Shown here piece after piece: positions 48,041 to 56,914 of a stretch of DNA of 64,000 nt (its first letter is position 1; the number at the start of each line of letters is the position of its first letter). The position numbers and the translations under genes were made by a program. Origin of the DNA: an uncultured Bacteroidia bacterium. Its GTDB lineage: Bacteria; Bacteroidota; Bacteroidia; NS11-12g; UBA955. The DNA is taken from contig CALKCM010000003.1 in the NCBI GenBank assembly GCA_938086785.1, positions 155,104 to 219,103 of the forward strand, written 5' to 3'. The notes below the pieces were generated by a model that was not told the DNA's origin, did no database searches, and saw only the letters and a list, made by a program, of their open reading frames with translations.

Positions 48041-50725
48041 TTATAGATCCTCAAAGCCTTGCAAATGATCTCCGCCAGTTAATTCCTGGTAAATTTCATC
48101 TCGTACATACACATCTTTTAGCGCACTTTGATATCTCTGTGATTCCGCGGTTTGACCTACTGCGTTAAATAGCTGCACAGCTACTCGGTAAAATTGATCA
48201 CCAAAAGGTTGTAGCTCTATTGATTTCTTTATATCTACTATAGCATCTGCCATTCCATTATTATTGGCTTTACAAATAGAACGCATATAGTACGCCTGAG
48301 CTTCTTTAGGTCTTGTTACCAATACATTATTCAATTTTTCTATAGCTTTGTCAAACATCTTGGCATTTTGATACCCTTGCGCCATGAGGTACATACACAC
48401 ATGCATTTCAGGATAAATACTTAAGGCTTTGTTTCCATATTTCTCCATATTTGGAATATCGCCCTTCATTGCATAAGCTTGAGCCATTTTATACAGAATT
48501 TCATTGCTATTCGTATCTGCCTTTAGCGCTCTTTTAAAGAAATATAAAGCACTATCTGGATTGCTCTTTGACGGATTATTAGCGGATAAATACAAATTAG
48601 CCTGAATATCATTTTTATCCATTCGTTCAATAACAACACCCACGGGTTTGCCATCTACCGTAGGAGAGTAAATAGTGTTTTTAGGAGGGTAATTTCCATT
48701 TAATAAGCGACTGCCATCCATGTATGCATTATAAAATATAGCATACTTCCAATCCGAGGCTCCTCTATCGTCAAATCGAGCAAAACCTACATGAACATTG
48801 GGGTAGTCTCGTAAATAATATTTCACAATATTGGGATCGTAGGATACAATCGTAATCTTTTTATCCGGATTTTGCTTAATCTTATTTTCGATGAGCCAAT
48901 CCGTGCTTTGGCGCAATCCAGCCAAATAATAATCCATTTCATACTGGCCGTAAGCACCCGCCGTTCCTCCTACGGTTTCATTGAAATAAATATACTCCAA
49001 AGGATGGTTTTTTACAATAAAAGACGCCGGCAATAAACTCAAAGCTACGGGTAGTATAAAGGTAAATTTACCAATATTTGGCATTTTAGATTTTAAGAAT
49101 TTCTCCAACATATGCCAGCCGACCATAGCCGAAGCTATGCACATGGGTAAAACAAAGAGAATATGTCTAAGACCTCCATACACATTGGATTTTTGAATGT
49201 ATATATAAACAACAGGGAATATGGCTGCAAAGAGCACCAAGAAAACCGGTAAGCTCATTTTCCTTTGAATAGCCGATAGAATTATAAATATAAAAAAACC
49301 TGCAATACTCACTAGGGGTAGCGTAATCCAGACATATTTAATGAGGTAATACCTTGGGAGCAAATCAGAATCCCACAATTGCCCTTCAAATAATTGGCGG
49401 ATGCTGCCTGAATAACTACTAAACTCCGTTAGAGCCGCAATGGGATTACTTAAAGGTGCACTCCAGCCCCAAGGCCAAAGTATTATCCCGATAAAATAGG
49501 AGAGGAGTACAACCAAAAAAACGGTACTTACAGGCTTTATAAAACCAGCCCACTTAAGTTTAATAAACTGAGACCACCCAATATCTTCAATATATTTAAG
49601 GGCTGCATAAAATACGGAAATGGCAACAACAAGTACGCCACCAATACGAATACTTATGGCCAAAGCACAACCCACCACCAAACCAATTAAATGGCTAGTA
49701 CGCATGTTTCTTATGTTTGAAAAAGCCATTAACGTATAATAAATGGCAATGGTATAGCCAGCTGCAAAAGGAATATCCTTGGGGTTATTGAAGGATTCAC
49801 CCAATAAGCGAGGAGTAAAGAATAGAACAATTAGCGCTAAACAAGCATAGGCATAACTCCCTGTTAATCTTTTTACAATAAGTGCTGCAAAAAGCATAAT
49901 CAAAAGGCCAAACAAGGCATTTATCTTATGTCTAAAACCATAGATATCGGTTACACCAAAAGTATGTATCAAAGCAGAGCAAATCGTATCAAAGGAGGAG
50001 CCATATAAGTGCATCTTTCTAGCCTCATCCGGAATAGTGGCCAAATCAGAGCCTAAGGTTTTCGCTTTTGAGATGTAATTGGCAGCAAATCGATTGCTTT
50101 TTAGAGCCACTGTATCTACCTCATTATTTCCCGTGTAATAGTTTAGAATAAGCTGACTGTATTCATGCTGTACTATTTCGTCACCTGTAATACCCGCTTT
50201 ATTACTAAGGGCAGGCATGGCAAAAGTTAAGATCAAGGCTAAGGCATAAAAAGCCATTAGAAAAGGCTGTCCCTTAACGCTAGCTTTTGCATAATTAATC
50301 CAGGCAGTAAAGTTGCCTTTAAGACCGTTTAGTAGATTAGATTTAAAAGAGCCTATTTTTCCATGCTCCAAAAAAAGTGTTTTACTTGAATTTCGCCGAA
50401 ACCAGTAATTGTAATCAACTTTACTTTTTAATGAATGGCTTCTTTGAGATAAAAGTTTAAATTGAGCACATGAACAAATGATTCCACTCATGCTTGCCTC
50501 TGGTATACTTATTCCTGAAAAAAGCTCATACATCCTATTTCGCTTGCCTTTAGGCACAATGTAAATGCATTCTGAATCCTTGAGATTTACAGTGCTGTAC
50601 TTTAGCCCTTTCGCAGAACCCATTTGAATAAATACCTGATCATTTGAATTTAAATGATTCTCTGATAGCCATTCTGCTATTGTTTGCGCATCTTCTTTAA
50701 AAGGGGAATATGTATATAAAGCCAT
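48041..50725 (-). CDS. Large membrane glycosyltransferase-like protein (GT-C / GT39-PMT-like TM core) with C-terminal TPR repeats and an N-terminal soluble domain of about 150 aa
   Basis: About 11-13 TM helices in the centre, with a loop after TM1 carrying acidic residues (ITGDEIV). The C-terminal 200 aa or so have TPR-like A/Y/L periodicity. The family call is tentative. Confidence 0.5.
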   Translation of the reverse strand: MALYTYSPFKEDAQTIAEWLSENHLNSNDQVFIQMGSAKGLKYSTVNLKDSECIYIVPKGKRNRMYELFSGISIPEASMSGIICSCAQFKLLSQRSHSLKSKVDYNYWFRRNSSKTLFLEHGKIGSFKSNLLNGLKGNFTAWINYAKASVKGQPFLMAFYALALILTFAMPALSNKAGITGDEIVQHEYSQLILNYYTGNNEVDTVALKSNRFAANYISKAKTLGSDLATIPDEARKMHLYGSSFDTICSALIHTFGVTDIYGFRHKINALFGLLIMLFAALIVKRLTGSYAYACLALIVLFFTPRLLGESFNNPKDIPFAAGYTIAIYYTLMAFSNIRNMRTSHLIGLVVGCALAISIRIGGVLVVAISVFYAALKYIEDIGWSQFIKLKWAGFIKPVSTVFLVVLLSYFIGIILWPWGWSAPLSNPIAALTEFSSYSGSIRQLFEGQLWDSDLLPRYYLIKYVWITLPLVSIAGFFIFIILSAIQRKMSLPVFLVLFAAIFPVVYIYIQKSNVYGGLRHILFVLPMCIASAMVGWHMLEKFLKSKMPNIGKFTFILPVALSLLPASFIVKNHPLEYIYFNETVGGTAGAYGQYEMDYYLAGLRQSTDWLIENKIKQNPDKKITIVSYDPNIVKYYLRDYPNVHVGFARFDDRGASDWKYAIFYNAYMDGSRLLNGNYPPKNTIYSPTVDGKPVGVVIERMDKNDIQANLYLSANNPSKSNPDSALYFFKRALKADTNSNEILYKMAQAYAMKGDIPNMEKYGNKALSIYPEMHVCMYLMAQGYQNAKMFDKAIEKLNNVLVTRPKEAQAYYMRSICKANNNGMADAIVDIKKSIELQPFGDQFYRVAVQLFNAVGQTAESQRYQSALKDVYVRDEIYQELTGGDHLQGFEDL

Positions 50726-50792
50726 TGTTATAATTAGATAGTATTAGCAATATTACTATGTATAATTATATATTGTATACTTAGATATGATT

Positions 50793-50819
50793 AATTCTAA
50801 TCAATTCTATTCTAATTCT
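50793..50819. repeat. Three helically phased AATTCT direct repeats
   Basis: AATTCT at 50793, 50803 and 50814 (spacing 10 and 11 nt), in the AT-rich region upstream of the 894-aa gene. Confidence 0.5.
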
Positions 50820-50869
50820 GACTTTAAGGATATATTTTTTTTCTTCTTATGCAATCTGCAAATAGGGCA

Positions 50870-50903
50870 GAAAAAAAGAATGGAGCCCAAAGGGCTCCAT
50901 TCT
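50870..50903 (-). terminator. Rho-independent terminator of the acyl-CoA dehydrogenase gene
   Basis: AGAATGGAGCCC / GGGCTCCATTCT 12-bp stem with a 3-nt loop (50877..50903), followed on the minus strand by TTTTTTT. Confidence 0.9.
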
Positions 50904-50931
50904 AAAAGTAGAACTAATCTTTTCTAAAAGA

Positions 50932-52074
50932 CTAATCTCTTAAAATATCTCTGCTAATAACCACGCGCTGTACCTCACTGGTACCTTCATAAATTTGAGT
51001 GATTTTAGCGTCTCGCATTAAGCGTTCTACATGGTACTCTTTCACAAATCCATATCCTCCATGAATTTGCACAGCCTCAACGGTTGTTTTCATCGCTGTT
51101 TCGCTTGAAAATAATTTAGCCATACTACTTGCACGACTATAATCGCCTCCAACATCTTTGAGCCAAGCCGCTTTTAAACAAAGTAGGCGAGAAGTTTCTA
51201 TTTCAGTAGCCATATCAGCCAACTTAAACGCAATAGCCTGATGATTTTTTATTTCAGTACCAAAAGCTTTTCTTTCTTTAGAATATTGCTTTGCCAATTC
51301 ATAGGCACCGCTTGCTATTCCTAGGGCCTGTGCCGCTATTCCTATGCGTCCACCGGCAAGTGTTTTCATAGCAAACTTAAATCCAAATCCGTCCTCACCA
51401 ATTCTATTCTCTTTTGGAACTTTAACATCAGTAAACATAATACTATGCGTGTCACTGCCTCTAATGCCTAATTTTTCTTCCTTTTTTCCAACGGTAAATC
51501 CTTCCCAAGTCTTATCTACAATAAATGCATTAATTCCTTTATGGCCTTTATCTACATCTGTTTGAGCGATGACTAAATAGTAATCGGCACTGTTTCCGTT
51601 GGTTATCCAGTTTTTGGTTCCGTTAAGTAGATAGTAATCTCCCTTATCTTCAGCTGTAGTTTGTTGGCTTGTTGCATCACTTCCTGCTTCTGGCTCGCTT
51701 AGGCAAAATGCGCCTATACATTGGCCACTAGCCAGTGGCTTCAAGTATTTTTCCTTCTGAAATTCATTTGCAAAGGTTTCCAAACCCCAACAAACTAAAC
51801 TATTATTAACACTTACTACAACAGAAGCACTCGCATCTACTTTACTTAATTCCTCCATGGCCAAAACGTAGCTAATCGTATCCATACCACTTCCGCCGTA
51901 TTTGGGATCAACCATCATGCCCATAAAACCTAATTCACCCAACTTTTTAATTTGCTCTGTAGGAAATTTTTCATCCCTATCACGATCTATTACGCCGGGT
52001 AATAACTCCGTTTGAGCAAAATCACGTGCCGCTTGCTGCACTGCCAAATGTTCTTCAGTTAATTCAAAATTCAT
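50932..52074 (-). CDS. Acyl-CoA dehydrogenase (short/medium-chain type)
   Basis: Full ACAD pattern (GSDA, the Glu in YEGTSE). First ATG 52074 gives MNFELTEEH. Confidence 0.93.
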   Translation of the reverse strand: MNFELTEEHLAVQQAARDFAQTELLPGVIDRDRDEKFPTEQIKKLGELGFMGMMVDPKYGGSGMDTISYVLAMEELSKVDASASVVVSVNNSLVCWGLETFANEFQKEKYLKPLASGQCIGAFCLSEPEAGSDATSQQTTAEDKGDYYLLNGTKNWITNGNSADYYLVIAQTDVDKGHKGINAFIVDKTWEGFTVGKKEEKLGIRGSDTHSIMFTDVKVPKENRIGEDGFGFKFAMKTLAGGRIGIAAQALGIASGAYELAKQYSKERKAFGTEIKNHQAIAFKLADMATEIETSRLLCLKAAWLKDVGGDYSRASSMAKLFSSETAMKTTVEAVQIHGGYGFVKEYHVERLMRDAKITQIYEGTSEVQRVVISRDILRD

Positions 52075-52080
52075 TAAATG

Positions 52081-52088
52081 CAAAATTA
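52081..52088 (-). promoter_or_regulatory. -7 promoter box (TAATTTTG)
   Basis: Exact TAnnTTTG match 6 nt upstream of ATG 52074. It overlaps the TTG that opens the longer ORF. Confidence 0.45.
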
Positions 52089-52193
52089 AGAAAGATTAAG
52101 TATATCTGCACTATGTTACTCATTCATGATTTCCTTTTGAATGGAACGCTTCATTTTATTCAATAAATGTATGCCGCCCATTTTAGGGATTAT

Positions 52194-52901
52194 TTATCCA
52201 CTAATTTGTGTGGCAGGTATGATTTCTTTTCCAACTAATTTTAAATATACATTAATAAGTGTAGAAACATCTTTTTTGCAATAGGTAGCTATTTTCTCTA
52301 AATCTTCCTCTACCCAATAGACATCGCCCACCATACTTCCATCAATTACATCTTTAGGAGTAGGAATACCAAAGATTGCAGCCATTAAATCCAATGAGGT
52401 GAAGTTCTTGTAATCCCCAAATTTCCATAACTCCATCGTATCTAAATGCTTAATTTCCCAAGGCTTTTTACCCGCCATTTGCAAGGGAACAGGGAGGGGG
52501 ATTCCATGCACCAACATTCTTCTGGCAATGTATGGAAAATCGAACTCCTTCCCATTGTGGCCGCACAGATAGTGTTGTGCTCCACTAAAGTTTTTTTGAA
52601 CTAAAGCGGCAAACTCCTGCAAGAGTATTTGTTCATCATGCCCATGTATTGATTTTAACTTAATCGCATGTTTGCCTTCGGTATCCGTATATATAACACC
52701 TACACAAATAGCTACAATCTTACCAAATTCCGCGTAAATAGAAGCTCTTTCGTATACATCACTGGCTGTTTGTTCATCCTTAGCAATAAATTTAGCTTTC
52801 TTTTCCCAAAGAGCTTTCCAGCGTTCATCCAACTCTTCGAAGCCTCTGCTTTGCCTTACGGTTTCTATATCTAAAAATAAAATATTGTTTAATTCGGCCA
52901 T
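52194..52901 (-). CDS. RNase H-like 3'-5' exonuclease (PolB-exonuclease-related) protein
   Basis: ILFLDIETV (ExoI D-x-E), HNGKEFDFPY (ExoII) and YCKKD (ExoIII-like). ATG 52901 lies 5 nt after a -7 box. Confidence 0.75.
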   Translation of the reverse strand: MAELNNILFLDIETVRQSRGFEELDERWKALWEKKAKFIAKDEQTASDVYERASIYAEFGKIVAICVGVIYTDTEGKHAIKLKSIHGHDEQILLQEFAALVQKNFSGAQHYLCGHNGKEFDFPYIARRMLVHGIPLPVPLQMAGKKPWEIKHLDTMELWKFGDYKNFTSLDLMAAIFGIPTPKDVIDGSMVGDVYWVEEDLEKIATYCKKDVSTLINVYLKLVGKEIIPATQISG

Positions 52902-52906
52902 GTTAT

Positions 52907-52914
52907 CAAAGATA
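52907..52914 (-). promoter_or_regulatory. -7 promoter box (TATCTTTG)
   Basis: Exact TAnnTTTG match 5 nt upstream of ATG 52901, inside the longer ORF that opens at 52937. Confidence 0.45.
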
Positions 52915-52968
52915 TATTTTGAGAAAATATTTTCCAAAAAATCCTCAGGTTTAATATAATTTAGCCGG

Positions 52969-54903
52969 ATGCAAGCAGCTAATACAAATTATCCTCATAA
53001 AATTCGTTCGGAATCAGAGTATAATGAGACCTACCAAAGAAGTGTGACAGATCCGAGAGGTTTTTGGGCTGAAATTGCAGATCACTTTCACTGGCATAGA
53101 AAATGGGATTCTGTGCTTGATTTTAATTTTGATGAACCAAAAATTGAATGGTTTAAAGGAGCAAAACTAAATATTACAGAAAATTGCATTGATCGTTGGG
53201 CGAAATCTCATCCGGACAAAGTTGCTTTACTATGGGAACCTAATGATCCCAGTGAGAGCCATCGAAAGATTACGTATGCTCAATTATTGCAAGAAGTGAG
53301 CAATTGGGCTAAAGTGCTTAAATCTAGAGGAATAGGTAAAGGAGATCGAGTTTGCTTGTATATGCCCATGATACCTGAACTAGCCTTTGCTGTTTTAGCA
53401 TGTGCCAGAATAGGAGCCATTCATTCTGTCATATTTGGCGGATTTTCTCCGGCAAGTATTGCCGATCGAGTCAAAGATGCATCAGCCAAAGCTATTATAA
53501 CAGCAGATTCTGTAATGCGAGGAGCCAAAAAAATAGCCTTAAAGGACATCATAGATTCTTCTTTAGAAGACTGTACCGTGGAGGCAGTGATTGTTTTCAA
53601 TAGAAACAAGGATACAGTGGAAATGAAAGAAGGGAGAGATTTTTGGTATTCGGAATTAGTAGAAAGGCTAGATTTAACAGCTATAGAACCTGCAGAAGTA
53701 ATGGACTCTGAAGACCCTTTATTTATTCTATACACTAGTGGAAGCACTGGAAAACCGAAAGGAGTCGTTCATACTTGTGGTGGTTATATGGTTTACACCA
53801 ATTACTCTTTTCTAAATGTATTTCAATACGAGTTTGATGATGTCTATTTTTGCACTGCAGATATTGGTTGGATTACGGGGCATTCTTATATTCTCTATGG
53901 TCCTTTATCAGCTGGTGCAACTACCTTAATGTTCGAAGGAATCCCAAATTATCCGAGCCCATCAAGATTTTGGGAAATCACGGATAAATTTAAAGTGAAT
54001 CAATTATATACCGCACCAACAGCTATACGAAGTCTGATGTCTTGTGGTTTAGATCAGTTCAAGGGAACAGATTTAAGTAGCCTAAAAGTACTTGGAACAG
54101 TGGGAGAACCCATAAATAAAGAAGCTTGGGAATGGTATTTTAAATATGTAGGGAAGGAGCAATGCCCCATAGTGGATACCTGGTGGCAAACAGAGACAGG
54201 AGGAATACTGATATCCAATCTTGCGGGAATTACTAAACACAAATCAACATACGCTACTAAACCTTTGCCTGGAATACGTCCAGCGCTAATGAACGATAAA
54301 GGGCATAGGCATCCGCTATCTCAAGCCAACCTAAGTAAGGCCAATACTCAAAAGTTGCAAGGAAATTTGGTAGTAGAATTTCCATGGCCGGGAATGATTC
54401 GAACAGTTTGGGGAGATCATGAAAGGTGCAAGCAAACCTACTTTAGCGCTTATCCCGGTAATTATTTTACAGGAGATGGCTGTTTTAAAGACACAGATCA
54501 AGATTACCGAATAACAGGTAGAGTAGACGATGTGCTCAATGTTAGTGGCCATAGAATAGGCACAGCAGAGGTCGAAAATGCTATAAATGCATGCGAAAAT
54601 GTAATAGAAAGTGCAGTCATTGGATATCCGCATCCCATCAAGGGAGAAGGCATTTATGCCTATATTATTTGTCAAGGAGAAGTGACGCAAAGTGCTGTAA
54701 ATGATAAAATAAAAGATATTATTGGGCCTATTGCTAAATGTGATAAAGTACAGCTTGTTTCTGGCTTACCAAAAACACGAAGCGGTAAGATTATGCGCCG
54801 TATTCTAAGAAAAATTGCATCGGGAGAAAAATCTTGGGGAGATGCTAGCACCTTACTAAATCCGGAAGTTGTGGACGAAATATGGAAGAATAGAGTGGTT
54901 TAA
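52969..54903 (+). CDS. acs: Acetyl-CoA synthetase (AMP-forming)
   Basis: YTSGSTGKPKG, WWQTETGG and PKTRSGKIMRR motifs. 644 aa. Confidence 0.96.
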   Translation: MQAANTNYPHKIRSESEYNETYQRSVTDPRGFWAEIADHFHWHRKWDSVLDFNFDEPKIEWFKGAKLNITENCIDRWAKSHPDKVALLWEPNDPSESHRKITYAQLLQEVSNWAKVLKSRGIGKGDRVCLYMPMIPELAFAVLACARIGAIHSVIFGGFSPASIADRVKDASAKAIITADSVMRGAKKIALKDIIDSSLEDCTVEAVIVFNRNKDTVEMKEGRDFWYSELVERLDLTAIEPAEVMDSEDPLFILYTSGSTGKPKGVVHTCGGYMVYTNYSFLNVFQYEFDDVYFCTADIGWITGHSYILYGPLSAGATTLMFEGIPNYPSPSRFWEITDKFKVNQLYTAPTAIRSLMSCGLDQFKGTDLSSLKVLGTVGEPINKEAWEWYFKYVGKEQCPIVDTWWQTETGGILISNLAGITKHKSTYATKPLPGIRPALMNDKGHRHPLSQANLSKANTQKLQGNLVVEFPWPGMIRTVWGDHERCKQTYFSAYPGNYFTGDGCFKDTDQDYRITGRVDDVLNVSGHRIGTAEVENAINACENVIESAVIGYPHPIKGEGIYAYIICQGEVTQSAVNDKIKDIIGPIAKCDKVQLVSGLPKTRSGKIMRRILRKIASGEKSWGDASTLLNPEVVDEIWKNRVV

Positions 54904-54913
54904 GTTTTAACTA

Positions 54914-55873
54914 TTAAAGCAAACCTATTTCGGTTAAACGCTGTATCAGAAATTCATTAGCTGTGCAATTCTCATATTTTTTTGGATGGTTACTGGTGCA
55001 ACAACTATCTAGGCAATTTAAAGGCACCTCAGGTCTGGGATGTAAGAAAAAAGGAATGCTAAAACGGGGGCTACTCCATTTTTGCTTCGGTGGGTTAATG
55101 ACTCTGTGAGTGGTACTTTTTAACCGATCATTGGTTAAGCGTTCCAGCATATCTCCCACATTCACAATAATGTGATCCTCCACTTCAGTTACTCCAATCC
55201 ATTCATTATTCTTATTCAATACTTCCAATCCATCAGCACTTGCACCAACCAAGAGCGTAATTAAGTTTATGTCTTCATGCTCACCAGCTCGTATCGCATC
55301 CTTAGGCTCTTCTGTAATGGCAGGGTAGTGTATTGGGCGGAGTATGCTATTTCCATTGTGTATTTTAGCATCAAAATAATGTTCGTCTAGTTGAAGAAAA
55401 AGAGCAATTGCTTGCAACACTTTCGAACCAGTTATTTCTAAAGCCGCGTAAATTTCCTTACCCACAGAATTAAAGCGAGGTAACTCATCCACAATTCTAT
55501 TCGGCGGATAAAAATCAGAAAGAACATCGGCGTCGTCTACATACTGTCCAAAGTGCCAAAACTCCTTTAAATCGCCTGTATTTCTGTCTTTGGCATGTTC
55601 TTTTCCAAATCCAGTATATCCTCTTTGCCCTCCACCTTTACTATCATCGTATTTTAACTTTGTCTCAAGAGGAAGGGCGTAGAAAGCTTCTACCTGTCTA
55701 TACATCTCCTCTAACAAAGCTTTATCAATCCCATGATTGCTTATGGCAACAAAGCCAATTTCTTCATATGCTTTTCCCAGGTTCTGAACAAAGGCCAATT
55801 TACTTTCTTGATTTCCATGCGTGAAATCGGATAAATCGAGCTTTGGAATTTCTTGAATTGCTTCTGCTGCCAT
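54914..55873 (-). CDS. 2-oxoglutarate/Fe(II)-dependent oxygenase (isopenicillin N synthase family)
   Basis: HEDINLITLL (H-x-D) and STTHRV (distal His) with an RFS 2OG-binding context. First ATG is at 55873. The ORF opens at TTG 55882. Confidence 0.85.
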   Translation of the reverse strand: MAAEAIQEIPKLDLSDFTHGNQESKLAFVQNLGKAYEEIGFVAISNHGIDKALLEEMYRQVEAFYALPLETKLKYDDSKGGGQRGYTGFGKEHAKDRNTGDLKEFWHFGQYVDDADVLSDFYPPNRIVDELPRFNSVGKEIYAALEITGSKVLQAIALFLQLDEHYFDAKIHNGNSILRPIHYPAITEEPKDAIRAGEHEDINLITLLVGASADGLEVLNKNNEWIGVTEVEDHIIVNVGDMLERLTNDRLKSTTHRVINPPKQKWSSPRFSIPFFLHPRPEVPLNCLDSCCTSNHPKKYENCTANEFLIQRLTEIGLL

Positions 55874-55954
55874 GTACTGCAAGTTTACAAATTATTGTTT
55901 AAATCATTCACACCAAATTAATATCATATTCATAGATGTGTTAAATGTGATCAT

Positions 55955-56860
55955 CTATTTAAAATACCCATTGATTATATCCTTTGATGCTTGATTTTGT
56001 TTCCCCGGAATTTTAAGAGACACTACCTCTAAAGACCCATTGCTACAGGGCCAATAAAGTTTATTTTCATAAACAAAGAAATCAGTCTCATCCCTTACAG
56101 GAGTTTCAGATTTAAGAGTAGCTGTAAGTTTCACCTTGCCAAATTTTACAGAATGGCACCAGGCACCAGGAAAAGGGTTTAAACCTCGAACCTTATTGTG
56201 CGCAGCTTCAACACTCAAATTTCTTTTTATTTCGCAGTATTCTTTAAAAATTTTGGGTGCATGTTTCTCCTTACCTGTTAAATTCTGCTTTACTAGCGCG
56301 TAAGAACCAGCTTTAATGAGTTGAATAGAACGCTCTACCAACTCTGAACCTTTCATCATTAAGCGTTCGTAAAGTTCGCCAACAGTTTCGTTTTCTCCAA
56401 TATTTACCTTCTGCTGAAGTAGTATATCTCCTGTATCAATTTCATGTTTTAAAAAGAAAGTAGTTATTCCAGTTTCTTTTTCACCATTAATTATCGCGTG
56501 ATTGATGGGTGCAGCTCCACGGTAGTTGGGCAGCAAAGACGCATGAAGGTTAAATGTACCAATTGTTGGCAGGCTCCAAACTTTTTCAGGGAGCATTCTA
56601 AAAGCTATGATAATAGACAAATCTAAATGGAACGACTGCAACTCATCCAAGAATTCTTGAGATTTCAAATTTTTTGGTTGAAGCACAGGAATACCATTCG
56701 CCAAAGCCACTTCTTTTACCGAAGAAGGCTGGAGTTTTAAACCTCTGCCCTTTGGCTTATCAGGCGCAGTTACAACGCAAACCACGTTGTGGCCATTATC
56801 AAGCATCGTTTTTAACGAAAAACTTGCAAATTCTGGGGTGCCGAAGAAACATATTCGCAT
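55955..56860 (-). CDS. fmt: Methionyl-tRNA formyltransferase
   Basis: MRICFFGTPEFA and NLHASLLPNYRGAAPI motifs. Confidence 0.95.
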   Translation of the reverse strand: MRICFFGTPEFASFSLKTMLDNGHNVVCVVTAPDKPKGRGLKLQPSSVKEVALANGIPVLQPKNLKSQEFLDELQSFHLDLSIIIAFRMLPEKVWSLPTIGTFNLHASLLPNYRGAAPINHAIINGEKETGITTFFLKHEIDTGDILLQQKVNIGENETVGELYERLMMKGSELVERSIQLIKAGSYALVKQNLTGKEKHAPKIFKEYCEIKRNLSVEAAHNKVRGLNPFPGAWCHSVKFGKVKLTATLKSETPVRDETDFFVYENKLYWPCSNGSLEVVSLKIPGKQNQASKDIINGYFK

Positions 56861-56914
56861 TATATTGCGTCTATACTAGTAAGTAAAGTGCAAAAATGCA
56901 CAAAATAAACCAAT

